A stretch of 64,000 nt of DNA. Origin: an uncultured Clostridia bacterium. Its GTDB lineage: Bacteria; Bacillota; Clostridia; TANB77; CAG-508. The notes beneath the pieces were generated by a model. The model ran no database searches, was not told where the DNA came from, and saw only the letters and a list, made by a program, of their open reading frames with translations. The translations under genes were made by a program, and so were the position numbers. The stretch lies in assembly GCA_934149275.1 (NCBI GenBank), contig CAKPEG010000006.1, positions 8,001 to 72,000 of the forward strand, read 5' to 3'. Positions 40,988 to 51,730 of the stretch are shown here, piece after piece; position 1 is the stretch's first letter, and every line of letters begins with the position of its first letter.

Positions 40988-41596
40988 TTAAACAAATTCT
41001 TCACATTTTAATACCAATCTTTTGTTTTTTACATTTGTACAAGTAATCAATGTGACTTGCCTTTTATCATTAGTATTTTGCTCTAAGCATGAAACATCAT
41101 TTGCTGATATCTCCTTCTTTTCTGTAACACTATAAACCCTTTTCATGCCATCCTTTTCCTTTATATAAACAACATCATCTTTAGAAAGATCTCCAAGCTT
41201 GCTAAAAAATTTATCATTTTCGTAATTATGTCCAATTATTGAACAATTTCCCTTTTCATTTAAGCCAACACCCGCCAACTTAGTAGGTGCAATTTTTAAA
41301 TACTCAGCAGTTGTAGTTGATATTACAGGATAAGAAACACCTATCTTAGGAATTTCAATTGTTCCAAGCACTAAATTATCATCAACTTGCTTTTCATCAG
41401 AATTTTCCTCTGGAATTCTACTAATTCCATATTCATCATTCTCTTCTTCAATAGCATTGTACTGTTCATACACTTCTGCATATGTTTCTTGATCATAATC
41501 TGTTGTAGACTTTTGAAACACATTAATTATTTTTAAACAAATTAAAACAATTAATATTAAAACAATATATATTGCACACTTTTCTAACTTTCCCAT
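40988..41596 (-). CDS. sortase (class A/D-like)
   Basis: N-terminal TM anchor, catalytic His context IIGHNY, TLITCT motif and a downstream Arg (NKRLVL). Confidence 0.85.
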   Translation of the reverse strand: MGKLEKCAIYIVLILIVLICLKIINVFQKSTTDYDQETYAEVYEQYNAIEEENDEYGISRIPEENSDEKQVDDNLVLGTIEIPKIGVSYPVISTTTAEYLKIAPTKLAGVGLNEKGNCSIIGHNYENDKFFSKLGDLSKDDVVYIKEKDGMKRVYSVTEKKEISANDVSCLEQNTNDKRQVTLITCTNVKNKRLVLKCEEFV

Positions 41597-41608
41597 TTCT
41601 TCATCTCT

Positions 41609-42382
41609 TTATTTCTTTGATTTTACATTATAAATTGAAAAAGCAACAATTACAGCAACAGCAACAAAAGCTATAATTCTAAAGAAATTTATAACTCCTT
41701 GATTATTTCCTGCGTTAGGAATTCTTGTTACATTTGAAGTAAACTCTTTTACAGCAGTATTTGCTACTTTATTTGTTGTATTATTTGTTACGTTATTTGA
41801 TGCTTTATTAGTACTATCATAACTTATAGAATTTAAATCTGATAAATCAACTTTATACATTTGTGTATTAATAGTTCCAATATAAGAATCATTTGCATCT
41901 TTCTCTATTTTTACGCCATATGCAACATAAGTGTCTTCACCTTTATCAACTTTTTCTGTGAATTTTTTCCAAAATGTTTCTACAGCATTATCTCCAGTCT
42001 CTCCAGTAATAGCATCTATTCTTACTCCATTTTCATTTCCAATTTCAGCACATGCTGCCCACATATTCTTTAATAACTTTTTACCTAATTCATCTGAAGC
42101 ACCTTTTAATGTAATTTTACAAGTAGAACCATCAAAAACAAATGTATTCTCATAGCTTTCTGTTCCCATTCCTACTTTTACATCTATTCCAGACTTTTCA
42201 TTTGGTACAGCAGTAATTTCATAGCTCATATTATTTTTTAAATCTTCAATCTCTTTTTGTGCTAAAAATTTAGTACATAAATCCTGTCTTGTTACAGCCA
42301 TTGCAGATGATGCTAACATACTTAAAACTATTAAAAATGCAAGAGCAATAACACACAATTTTATTCCTTTGTTTTCTTTCAT
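41609..42382 (-). CDS. cell-surface protein with non-canonical C-terminal sorting signal (IPNAG)
   Basis: Signal peptide at the N-terminus. The C-terminus reads IPNAG-NNQGVINFFRIIAFVAVAVIVAFSIY-NVKSKK, that is motif, hydrophobic helix and basic tail. It lies directly upstream of the sortase gene. Confidence 0.6.
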   Translation of the reverse strand: MKENKGIKLCVIALAFLIVLSMLASSAMAVTRQDLCTKFLAQKEIEDLKNNMSYEITAVPNEKSGIDVKVGMGTESYENTFVFDGSTCKITLKGASDELGKKLLKNMWAACAEIGNENGVRIDAITGETGDNAVETFWKKFTEKVDKGEDTYVAYGVKIEKDANDSYIGTINTQMYKVDLSDLNSISYDSTNKASNNVTNNTTNKVANTAVKEFTSNVTRIPNAGNNQGVINFFRIIAFVAVAVIVAFSIYNVKSKK

Positions 42383-42481
42383 CTTTATCTTCCTTTCTTA
42401 GTAAAATTTTATCCTTATTTCACATATCTATAATAACAAAAAAGCAACACAATAGTCTATAAAATTTATGTTACGTTTTAT

Positions 42482-43393
42482 TTACATTCTAAATTCATTA
42501 AATTCAATTTTTCCATTGTTTCCAATGAAATATTTAATATATATTCCATCTCGCTTAAAAATTCTTTTAACATTCTCATATGACGTTTTATAATATAAAA
42601 AACTCTCATATAAAATCTCTTCATTAAAATGCTTATACACTTTCGCAATCTCTTCATATTTATATGGAACTTTTAATTTAACAAATCTAATTGTCACACC
42701 GTCATTTCTAATAAATTTTTCCTTATTTAATTGAATTAAAACAGCCTTATTATTCATCTTACATTTTTGCAATTTCTTCTGATTAAAATCAAAATTGAAA
42801 ATCAAATCAGACCTAACACAGCTTTTTTCCTTATTAGTAGAAACATTAATTATAATCCCATATTCATCTATCATCTTTTTCTCAAGTACTCTAAAAGCAA
42901 GCACATCATCAGTAATTATATTTAAAATTTTACACTCCCTCGCAAATTCAACAGCATTTTGATTACACAATTCAGTTGGATTATTAACTAAAATTGAAAC
43001 TTCCAAATCACTTTTCTTAACATTTTTTACATATGCAATTTTATTGAAAATATCATAAGGTAAAAACTTAAACAACCAACTTCCATCTAATATTTCAATT
43101 TCCTTTTCCCTAAGCCACTTTATAAACCTTTCGTTTTTTAACAACAAATCAGCACAAACAACAGTCTTTATATCAAGTTCAAACAATTTCTCATATAAAT
43201 TATTTAACATCTTTTCATTTATAACATCATTTTCTTCAGCAATTAAAGTAAAAAAATTATCATTTCTTTTTATAAAGCCGAAATAATTACATATTCTATA
43301 AATACACCAACTAAGCCATTTGGGGAGTTTTCTCGTTGTTACTTCAACATAACTATCTAAATAATCAATATAAACAATACTTTTATTTTCCAC
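42482..43393 (-). CDS. hypothetical protein
   Basis: 303-aa ORF with no recognisable motif. Confidence 0.45.
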   Translation of the reverse strand: MENKSIVYIDYLDSYVEVTTRKLPKWLSWCIYRICNYFGFIKRNDNFFTLIAEENDVINEKMLNNLYEKLFELDIKTVVCADLLLKNERFIKWLREKEIEILDGSWLFKFLPYDIFNKIAYVKNVKKSDLEVSILVNNPTELCNQNAVEFARECKILNIITDDVLAFRVLEKKMIDEYGIIINVSTNKEKSCVRSDLIFNFDFNQKKLQKCKMNNKAVLIQLNKEKFIRNDGVTIRFVKLKVPYKYEEIAKVYKHFNEEILYESFLYYKTSYENVKRIFKRDGIYIKYFIGNNGKIEFNEFRM

Positions 43394-43438
43394 AAAAAAT
43401 CACCTTCATAATTTGTATGAAGGTGATTTAAACTTATT

Positions 43439-45208
43439 CTATTTTCTCTCATTAATTTTTATATGAATTTCATCTAATTGTTTTTGAGTAACTCTTGCGG
43501 GTGCTCCCATTAATAAATCTTGAGCCTTTGCATTCATTGGGAATGCTTGTATCTCTCTAATTGTTTCTTCACCAGCAAGTAGCATTATAATTCTATCAAT
43601 TCCAGGTGCAATTCCAGCATGTGGTGGAGCTCCATAATGAAATGCATTATATAAAGCTGAGAATTTTTCTAATATAGTCTCTTCTTTATAACCAGCAATT
43701 TCAAAAGCTTTAATCATTATCTCAGGTGAATGATTTCTAACAGCACCTGAAGCAAGCTCTATACCATTTCCAACAATATCATATTGATATGCTAAAATAT
43801 CTAAAGGCTCTTTAGTTTCTAGTGCTTCCATTCCACCTTGAGGCATTGAAAATGGGTTATGACAAAATTCAATTTTACCATTATCAACTCTCTCATACAT
43901 TGGGAAATCAACAATCCAGCAGAATTTATAAACAGAATCATCAATTAAACCTAATGTTTTTCCCAATTCATCACGAATTTGTCCACCAAGTTTCGAAACA
44001 ACAGGCTCATGCTCGGCAATAAAGAATATTGCATCACCAGCATTGGTATTTGTTTTTGTAAGCAATGCTTCTCTAGATTCATCATCAATAAACTTAGCAA
44101 TAGGACCTTGTAAAGATCTATCATCTCCAACCTTAAGCCAAGCCAATCCCTTTGCTTTACATTCTTTTATAGCAAAATCTGTCATATTCTCGAACCAAGT
44201 ACGAGGTTGACTTGCACCATTTGGTACAGAAATAATTCTAACAATCTTTCCATTAAATACTTTCAAATCTATTTTTTCAAAAATATCAGATACATCTTGA
44301 ATTACAAGTGGATTTCTTAAATCTGGTTTATCAGAACCATATTTAAGCATAGCCTCTCTATATGGAATTCTTGGAAATGGATACTCAGCAATTTTTTTAT
44401 CTGAAAATTCCTTAAACACGTTATAAACAACTTCTTCCATAACAGCAAAAACATCTTCTTGAGTTGCAAAAGCCATTTCCATATCTAATTGATAAAATTC
44501 ACCTGGAGTTCTATCAGCTCTAGCATCTTCATCTCTAAAACATGGAGCAATTTGGAAATATTTATCAATTCCAGCAACCATCAATAATTGTTTAAATTGT
44601 TGTGGAGCTTGAGGAAGCGCATAGAACTTACCTGGATAAATTCTACTTGGAACTAAATAATCTCTAGCACCTTCAGGAGATGAACTTGTAAGAATTGGAG
44701 TTTGAACCTCCAAGAAATCTTTCTTAACCATTTGCTCTCTCATAAATTGAATAACCTTAGCTCTCAATATTAAATTATTTTTTAACTTCTCATTTCTTAA
44801 ATCTAAGAATCTATATTGTAATCTTAAATCCTCACGAACATCCCTACTAGACTCAATTTCAAAAGGTAACTGTTTAGTTCTCTTACCCAAAATTTCAATT
44901 TTTTCAGCAAATAGTTCAACCAAACCAGTATCCAATTTTTCATTAATAGTATCCTCTGATCTAAGTCTAACAATTCCCTCAACAGAAATAGTAGACTCAA
45001 TAGGAATTCTAGTTGCGAAATCAACTAACTCTTCATTACCAGAAGCAACGATCTGAGTAATACCATATTGATCACGCAAATCAATAAAAATTACACCACC
45101 CAAATCTCTAATAGTTTGAATCCAACCAGCAAGCTTAATATGCTCACCAACATTTTTCTCTCTAATAGTATTGCAAGTATAAGTTCTGTACTCGTTCATA
45201 TTCTCCAC
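43439..45208 (-). CDS. aspS: aspartate--tRNA ligase
   Basis: OB-fold N-terminus with class II motifs (FRDEDARADRTPEF-like FRDEDARADRTPGEF, GGMEAL, GIDRI). Confidence 0.95.
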   Translation of the reverse strand: MENMNEYRTYTCNTIREKNVGEHIKLAGWIQTIRDLGGVIFIDLRDQYGITQIVASGNEELVDFATRIPIESTISVEGIVRLRSEDTINEKLDTGLVELFAEKIEILGKRTKQLPFEIESSRDVREDLRLQYRFLDLRNEKLKNNLILRAKVIQFMREQMVKKDFLEVQTPILTSSSPEGARDYLVPSRIYPGKFYALPQAPQQFKQLLMVAGIDKYFQIAPCFRDEDARADRTPGEFYQLDMEMAFATQEDVFAVMEEVVYNVFKEFSDKKIAEYPFPRIPYREAMLKYGSDKPDLRNPLVIQDVSDIFEKIDLKVFNGKIVRIISVPNGASQPRTWFENMTDFAIKECKAKGLAWLKVGDDRSLQGPIAKFIDDESREALLTKTNTNAGDAIFFIAEHEPVVSKLGGQIRDELGKTLGLIDDSVYKFCWIVDFPMYERVDNGKIEFCHNPFSMPQGGMEALETKEPLDILAYQYDIVGNGIELASGAVRNHSPEIMIKAFEIAGYKEETILEKFSALYNAFHYGAPPHAGIAPGIDRIIMLLAGEETIREIQAFPMNAKAQDLLMGAPARVTQKQLDEIHIKINERK

Positions 45209-45411
45209 CCTTTCAAATTTATATATATTTTATATTTAACGATTTTTTTAGGAAATATCTTCAACACGATGAATTGAAATAATATTCTCTATTCAAGATT
45301 GCTCCAAATACTAGGCAAAAGTAAATTTAAAAGCAAGGGAGCGTATGCGGATACGTGACCGCATTTAAATTAACTTTTAACGACGTAATTGGGCAATATC
45401 TTCAATTCATC

Positions 45412-45620
45412 AAAAAAAGCCTTCGCCCTTGGACTATACACCAAGGGACGAAAGCTTAACCTTCCGTGGTACCACCCTAATTGAAAATAAAATTTCCCAC
45501 TCCATAAAAAATGCTCCAACATGTTTCACAATCACTTCAACCAAAATTACTCTCAGCCACGGTAATTCTCTCTTTCTAGTCTTCTATCACAATTGCTTTG
45601 TGTCATCAACGCACAAAATA
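45412..45620 (-). promoter_or_regulatory. T-box riboswitch leader (aspS)
   Basis: The minus strand shows gcgttgatgacac, agaaagagag, T-box sequence aattagggtggtaccacgg and terminator gctttcgtcccttgg...ccaagggcgaaggc+TTTTTTT. Promoter TTGACA-17-TAAAAT at about 45628-45656. Confidence 0.85.
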
Positions 45621-45678
45621 TTCAAATTAAAATCTATTTTACTCAGTTTTCCCAACTTTGTCAATAGTTATTCTAAAA

Positions 45679-46773
45679 TTAATATGTAAACCAAAGTCCA
45701 CTATCTTTCAATTCATTTATCTTCTTTTCATGCTCAGCATTAGTTTTTGAAAAATAAACCTTACCATTTTTATCAGCAACAAAGAATAAATTATCAGTAT
45801 CATCATGCTCTAAAATAGCCTTAATTGAAGACTCGCTAACCATACAAATAGGGCCAACAGGAATCTTACCATTCATTGTTGTAGAACGAGTATTATATGG
45901 ATTTTTCGTTGCAAGCTCATTCGCTGTTAAATCCCTCTCACTCATATCTATTTTTAAAGCATAATATGTTGTAACATCGCTTTGCAATGCCATATTTTTA
46001 TTTAATCTATTAATAAATACAGCAGCAACACCTGCTCTATCCTCTTCGTTCTTAGCCTCAAGCTCAACTACAGATGCTAGAGATAAAATCTCATGAACTG
46101 AATAATCACTCTTTTTAATTTCATCCTTATAAGGTGTTAAAACAGTATCCATTTTATCTAACATTTTTTCAAATATAGTTTTAACATCAACATCTTTATT
46201 TTCAAAAATATATGTATCAGGATATAAATAACCTTCTAATGAATAATAAATATCTTTATTCTTAATATCATCATCAATAAACCAATATTTTTCTATTAAC
46301 GTATCTAAGTACTCTTCATCAGATAATAATTCATAAACCTGATTTTCAAAATTATTTGTTTTTTCAGCTATTGTTGAAACAATCCATCTCATGTTTTTCC
46401 CCTCTGGAAAAGTAATTGTAACTGTCTCATCAACAATATTTCCCTTCTCCAATTGAGCAATTATATCAGCAACAGACATATTCTTGTCCAATTCATACTT
46501 TCCAGCTTGCATTGCAGTTCTCTTATTTAACTTACAATAAATCTTAAATGCATCAGCATTTTTTATTAAACCACTCTCTTCAAGTTGAGATGCAATTTTT
46601 GAAATACCACTTCCACCTACAATTTCAACTACAACTTTTTCGCTGTTTGATTGAACTGGTTTAATTTCAGACTCATACCAAAAGTTAATTCCCAATCCAG
46701 CAACAATAACAATTATTAGCAATAGAAATATTACCATTCCAATTCCTATTTTTCCACTCTCTCTTTTTTCCAT
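45679..46773 (-). CDS. mltG: endolytic murein transglycosylase MltG (YceG-like)
   Basis: N-terminal TM with motifs LASVVELEA, FINRLNKNMALQSDVTTYY and NPYNTR. Confidence 0.88.
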   Translation of the reverse strand: MEKRESGKIGIGMVIFLLLIIVIVAGLGINFWYESEIKPVQSNSEKVVVEIVGGSGISKIASQLEESGLIKNADAFKIYCKLNKRTAMQAGKYELDKNMSVADIIAQLEKGNIVDETVTITFPEGKNMRWIVSTIAEKTNNFENQVYELLSDEEYLDTLIEKYWFIDDDIKNKDIYYSLEGYLYPDTYIFENKDVDVKTIFEKMLDKMDTVLTPYKDEIKKSDYSVHEILSLASVVELEAKNEEDRAGVAAVFINRLNKNMALQSDVTTYYALKIDMSERDLTANELATKNPYNTRSTTMNGKIPVGPICMVSESSIKAILEHDDTDNLFFVADKNGKVYFSKTNAEHEKKINELKDSGLWFTY

Positions 46774-46781
46774 AACTCCTC

Positions 46782-47861
46782 CTATACAACTACATTTGCA
46801 ATATCTTTTACAATGTCAGCATCAAAACCTGGTTGATTAACCACTACTAAAAAACATCCATTAGAATTAACATATGCCTTTAATTCTTTTAAAAATCTAT
46901 AATAATTATCATTATTAGAAATAGATGTAATATTCATTTTTATACCAATATTTTTTGAAGCAAGTTCTTTATTAGTTGTAATTTCTTTAGCAACTTTTGA
47001 ATTAATTTCTTTTATCAATTCTGTTCTTGTCTCATAATCAACTATTTTATCATTAAAATTCTCATATGTAGAATCATTTATCTCAATTACAATATCATTT
47101 TTTAAATCAAAATTTGTAAAATCTTGAACAGAAAGCTCTAAATTATCCCTTTCTTGAGCAAAATCAATTAACTTTGATTTCTTTATATAGCCAACTTGAT
47201 AATCCTTTGTTTTAACCTTTACCCATTTTTGATTTACATCACCAAGTATAGTAACTTTATCTCCCTGTGCCAATTTCTCAACAGTTTTAGATATACCAGT
47301 CATTTTATACTTTAACTTCGTTTCCCTGTTTACAACAGCCACATTTTTTTCTTCATCTAACTTATCAATATTCAATCTATTTTTATCTTTTATATACTCA
47401 ACATCAATATTATAAACATCTGTTAACTCTGAAATTGGGAAATAAAATACACCATCTCTTGAAATAACACTACCTTTAATTTTTGTAAATGTACTATTTA
47501 CATACATATTATTTTTTCCTTCTGTAATCTCCAATATTTTATTTTGTGAAATTGATATATATCTTCTCAAATTACTTTCATCTTTTTCATAATATAATTC
47601 TTTATCAAAATATTTTTTCATATCATCTTCTGAAAAATAAACTACATTATTCTCATCAACATAAACATCATGAACTAGTTCAGCATTTGTATCATTTTGA
47701 ATCATAACAATTAACTTAGAATTATCATCTTTTTTAAAGTATGCCGCATATCTCAAGATGTTTAAAACAATAACCAATAAAATAGCTACTATAACTAATT
47801 TGCTCAATAAACTATTTTTTCTAATTCTTAACTTCATTTTCTTTTTGCTTTTTCTACTCAT
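46782..47861 (-). CDS. membrane-anchored protein with SH3_3-like domain
   Basis: Basic N-terminus followed by a TM helix. GDKVTILGDVNQKWVKVKTKDYQVGYIKKSKL resembles bacterial SH3. Confidence 0.45.
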   Translation of the reverse strand: MSRKSKKKMKLRIRKNSLLSKLVIVAILLVIVLNILRYAAYFKKDDNSKLIVMIQNDTNAELVHDVYVDENNVVYFSEDDMKKYFDKELYYEKDESNLRRYISISQNKILEITEGKNNMYVNSTFTKIKGSVISRDGVFYFPISELTDVYNIDVEYIKDKNRLNIDKLDEEKNVAVVNRETKLKYKMTGISKTVEKLAQGDKVTILGDVNQKWVKVKTKDYQVGYIKKSKLIDFAQERDNLELSVQDFTNFDLKNDIVIEINDSTYENFNDKIVDYETRTELIKEINSKVAKEITTNKELASKNIGIKMNITSISNNDNYYRFLKELKAYVNSNGCFLVVVNQPGFDADIVKDIANVVV

Positions 47862-48077
47862 TTATTTATCTCTTTCTCAGATTTCTTAAAAAACCTGTCA
47901 CAATTTGTCTTTTATATTTATATCATAAAAATATCTTTTATTAAATACTAATTAATAAAAATATTGTTTTTTTTGAAAAAAAGCTTTATTTCTAGGCATT
48001 TCTGTGCTATAATTGTAATGTAACTATGGAAAAAATTACATTTAAAATAAATATTATATAAATTTAGGGAGGAAAAT

Positions 48078-49055
48078 ATGAAAATTTTTCTATTAATATT
48101 AGTTGTATTATTAATCGTAATACTAGTAAAATCAATCAAAGTAGTTAGACAATCTGAAGTGTATATAATTGAAAGATTAGGTAAATTTCACAAAGCAGCA
48201 GATGCAGGTTTAACAATTATTATACCTTTTATAGATCAAGTAAGATCAGTTGTAAGTTTGAAACAACAAACTATGGATGTTCAACCACAAGAAGTTATAA
48301 CATCTGATAACGTTACAATAACAATCGACACAGTTGTATTCTATAAAGTTATAGATCCTGCAAAAGCAGTATACGAAATCCAATCTTTGAAAAAAGGTAT
48401 TGAATACCTATCAATCACAACAATTCGTGATATCGTTGGTAAAATGGAATTAGATGAAACATTTAGTTCAAGAGATGCAATAAACGAAAAATTAAAAGAA
48501 ATCCTTGATGAAGCAACTTTCCAATGGGGATGTAGAATAGACAGAGTTGAAATTAAAGATATTACTCCTCCACCAGATATTAAAGATGCAATGGAAAAAC
48601 AAATGAACGCAGAAAGAAATAAAAGAGCTTTAATCCTTCAAGCTGAAGGTGAAAGACAATCTGCAATCACACTTGCTGAAGGTAGAAAAGAAGCTGCCAT
48701 CTTAGATGCAGAAGCAGACAGAGAAGCTAAAATCAGAAGAGCTACTGGTGAAGCTGATGCAATCAAACAAGTAGCTGCAGCAAAAGCAAAAGAAATTCAA
48801 ATGGTTTATGATGCAATTAAAGAAGCAAACCCAGATGATAAACTTGTTCAATTAAAATCATTAGAAGCTCTTGAAGAAGTTGCAAAAGGTGATGCAAATA
48901 AAATATTCATTCCATTCGAAGCAACATCTGCTCTTAGCAGTTTAGGTTCTATAAAAGATGTAATGTCAGATGACAAGAAATCTAAAAAAAGAAAAAATAC
49001 AGCTCGTGACGAAGCTGAAAGAATTGTAGAACAAATGCACAATGATGAAAATTAA
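48078..49055 (+). CDS. SPFH/band 7 (stomatin-like) domain protein
   Basis: N-terminal TM, SPFH core (IIERLGKF, TSDNVTITIDTVVFYKV, RDAINEKL) and an Ala/Glu-rich coiled coil. Confidence 0.85.
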   Translation: MKIFLLILVVLLIVILVKSIKVVRQSEVYIIERLGKFHKAADAGLTIIIPFIDQVRSVVSLKQQTMDVQPQEVITSDNVTITIDTVVFYKVIDPAKAVYEIQSLKKGIEYLSITTIRDIVGKMELDETFSSRDAINEKLKEILDEATFQWGCRIDRVEIKDITPPPDIKDAMEKQMNAERNKRALILQAEGERQSAITLAEGRKEAAILDAEADREAKIRRATGEADAIKQVAAAKAKEIQMVYDAIKEANPDDKLVQLKSLEALEEVAKGDANKIFIPFEATSALSSLGSIKDVMSDDKKSKKRKNTARDEAERIVEQMHNDEN

Positions 49056-49068
49056 TTAAAATATATCA

Positions 49069-49103
49069 TATAGCGGACTTTAAAAAGTCCGCTATTATTT
49101 TTT
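49069..49103 (+). terminator. Rho-independent terminator
   Basis: Stem atagcggac/gtccgctat followed by a T-run. Confidence 0.75.
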
Positions 49104-49296
49104 TATTAACACCTATAAAACTCCTACTCCTGTATTTATATTAATTTATTCTAACAATAATCTTATTTGGATTAAATATCATACCAATCTATTTTTAATA
49201 TTTTCAACTAAATAACAACATTATTTTTTACTTAAATACACTTCAACCATACCGTAATTCTCAAAACATACTGCAAATACTTTCAACAAATTATCA

Positions 49297-50433
49297 TTAC
49301 TTTTTTCCTAAAATATCTGTAAGTGCATACACCAACTGTTCAACATCCTCTGCAGTATTTTCTTTTCCAAAAGTAACTCTAAGAGAACTCTCTGCAATCC
49401 TAACATTATGAGTCATATTCATCAAAACAGACGAAGGCATTGGAAGTCCAGCACTACAAGCAGAACCGCTTGAAGTACAAATTCCTCTCTTATCAAGTTT
49501 CTCAACAATATCTGCACCCTTATATCCTAAAAACGAAATATTCATATTACCAGATAATCTATTATTAACATCTCCATTCACATGAACATTTCTAAATAAC
49601 TGCAACACAGATTTCGCATATAAATCTCTTAATTTAATAAGATGCTTATTATACGTAACCAAATTAGAATCCGCAATTTCAATAGCCTTACCCAAGCCAA
49701 CAATTCCAGCAACATTCTCAGTTCCAGCCCTCTTCTCTTTTTCCTGATGTCCACCATCTTGCTGTCTTAAAAATTTTATACCATTTCTAACATACAATGC
49801 ACCAACACCCTTAGGCGCATAAAACTTATGACCTGACATTGAAAGAGCATCTATATTCATTCTTCTAACATCTATCTTAATATTTCCAATCGCCTGCACA
49901 CTATCAGTATGAAAAATAATATTATTCATTCTAGCAATCTTACCAATCTCTTCAATTGGCTGAATTGTACCGACTTCATTATTAGCGGTCATTATAGAAA
50001 TTAAAATTGTATCTTTTCTAATTAATTTTTTCAAAGCATTAATATCAATTATTCCACTTTCCAAAACAGGAACATATGATACCTCAAAACCTTCCTGCTC
50101 TAAAGTTTTACAAGTCTCCAAAACAGCTGGATGCTCAATACTACTAGTTATAATATGCTTCCCATATCTCTTATTTGCTTTTGCTATTCCCTTAATTGCT
50201 AAATTATCACTTTCACTCCCACAACTAGTAAAATATATTTCTTCACTATTGCAACCAATTGCATTTGCAACCTGCATACGAGCCCTCTCAACTGCAGACT
50301 TGCTAACTTTTCCTATACCGTATAACGAAGAAGCGTTACCATAATTATAACTTAAATATGGTAACATCTCTTTCAAAACAACATCATCAATTTTTGTAGT
50401 AGCAGCATGATCTAAGTAAATAATATTCTCCAT
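49297..50433 (-). CDS. nifS: cysteine desulfurase (NifS/IscS type)
   Basis: PLP-lysine context SGHKFYAPKG and active-site loop SSGSACS. Confidence 0.88.
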   Translation of the reverse strand: MENIIYLDHAATTKIDDVVLKEMLPYLSYNYGNASSLYGIGKVSKSAVERARMQVANAIGCNSEEIYFTSCGSESDNLAIKGIAKANKRYGKHIITSSIEHPAVLETCKTLEQEGFEVSYVPVLESGIIDINALKKLIRKDTILISIMTANNEVGTIQPIEEIGKIARMNNIIFHTDSVQAIGNIKIDVRRMNIDALSMSGHKFYAPKGVGALYVRNGIKFLRQQDGGHQEKEKRAGTENVAGIVGLGKAIEIADSNLVTYNKHLIKLRDLYAKSVLQLFRNVHVNGDVNNRLSGNMNISFLGYKGADIVEKLDKRGICTSSGSACSAGLPMPSSVLMNMTHNVRIAESSLRVTFGKENTAEDVEQLVYALTDILGKK

Positions 50434-50675
50434 ATAATCATTCCTTTTTATTATTTACTATATAATATGCAAAATAACCATTTCTTTGTTACAACTAATA
50501 TTTTATAAAAAATTTTCATATACTCTTCATTCTGTAAAACTCATTGCTAAATAAAGATTTTATATTTTTTATAAATTAAAGCTTCGTATAAAATAAAACT
50601 CATATAGTTTTCATTTATAAAATTTCATTGAAAAAATTTCTTAAATTCTCTTTTTATCCTACTTTAAGTTAACTA

Positions 50676-51056
50676 TTAGAAAATATTTTTCAACTTCATA
50701 TCATCTTTTTCTTCAATATGCTTTATAATAAATGCCATCTTATCTAACGATTCAAACGCTTCTTCCTGCTCTAGCTCACAATAAGTTTTCAAAGAAGTAT
50801 ACTCAGTCATCACTTTTTCAAGCTCATCATGCTCAATAAAAAAAGACAACAAATTTTCATACTTCTGCCAATACTCATCTATTTTCTCAATTTTCTCATT
50901 AGCCTCTCCATATTTTTCATCTTCAAGCAAAGGTCGTAACTCACTCAATTCATCTAAAACATGATTCAATTTACTATCCACATATTTTCCAACCCAAATA
51001 TTAAGTCCAATAATCCCAATTAAAATAATTACAGTAATAACTATTTCTTTTGACAT
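50676..51056 (-). CDS. DUF4363-like small membrane-anchored protein
   Basis: 126 aa with an N-terminal TM. It overlaps the end of the DUF421 gene by 16 nt, a pairing I recall as typical. Confidence 0.45.
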   Translation of the reverse strand: MSKEIVITVIILIGIIGLNIWVGKYVDSKLNHVLDELSELRPLLEDEKYGEANEKIEKIDEYWQKYENLLSFFIEHDELEKVMTEYTSLKTYCELEQEEAFESLDKMAFIIKHIEEKDDMKLKNIF

Positions 51057-51730
51057 CTCCTACCTCCTTTTTGTTGACAAAAAATATTATTATTTCCATC
51101 AATCGTAACAATTAAAGCATCTTCAGGCTCAAATCCAAATTTACTAACTTCCTCTTCAAGCCAAGTATAATCCTTATTAAGCTTATTTAAATTATCATAT
51201 TGAATAACACCATCAATAACTAAATCATAAGCAATACCTTCATACTTAGAACTAAGCTCCATATCTTCTAAAGTAGGATTTCTCTTCTCTGGTTTCAAAA
51301 TAACATTTATTTCACCACTCGTTTCTAATATCGCATATTCAACATCACCAATATTAAAAACATCTTTACCTCTAAGCCTTTCCTGCAATTCATTAATAGT
51401 ATATCTTTCCTTTATTAAAACCTCTTCATCAATTTTTCCTCTAAATATTAAAATAGAAGGCTTTCCGCAAATTGCTTGTCTAAACTTAATACTTTTTAAA
51501 TTACCTAAAGAAATCATCAAATGCATAATAAGCAGTCCAAGAATCGGAATAATTCCATTAAAAATAGGAACACCAATATCAGACATCGGTATTGAAGCCA
51601 AATCAGCTATCATTATTGAAATAACCAATTCAAACGGTTGAAGCTGACCAATCTCTCTCTTTCCCATTCCCCTCATAACCAGCAAAACTAATGTATACAA
51701 TACAATCGTTCTAATTAAAATAACTAGCAT
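51041..51730 (-). CDS. DUF421 (YetF-like) membrane protein
   Basis: N-terminus MLVILIRTIVLYTLVLLVMRGMGKREIGQLQPFE. Start chosen at ATG 51730 with RBS GAGG. The track extends to 51841. Confidence 0.7.
   Translation of the reverse strand: MLVILIRTIVLYTLVLLVMRGMGKREIGQLQPFELVISIMIADLASIPMSDIGVPIFNGIIPILGLLIMHLMISLGNLKSIKFRQAICGKPSILIFRGKIDEEVLIKERYTINELQERLRGKDVFNIGDVEYAILETSGEINVILKPEKRNPTLEDMELSSKYEGIAYDLVIDGVIQYDNLNKLNKDYTWLEEEVSKFGFEPEDALIVTIDGNNNIFCQQKGGRRCQKK

Noticed and set aside
48078-49055. SPFH gene lacking its usual NfeD partner
   Set aside because: The absence of a neighbouring NfeD-like gene is real in this window, but stand-alone SPFH genes are common. It is not informative without genome-wide context.
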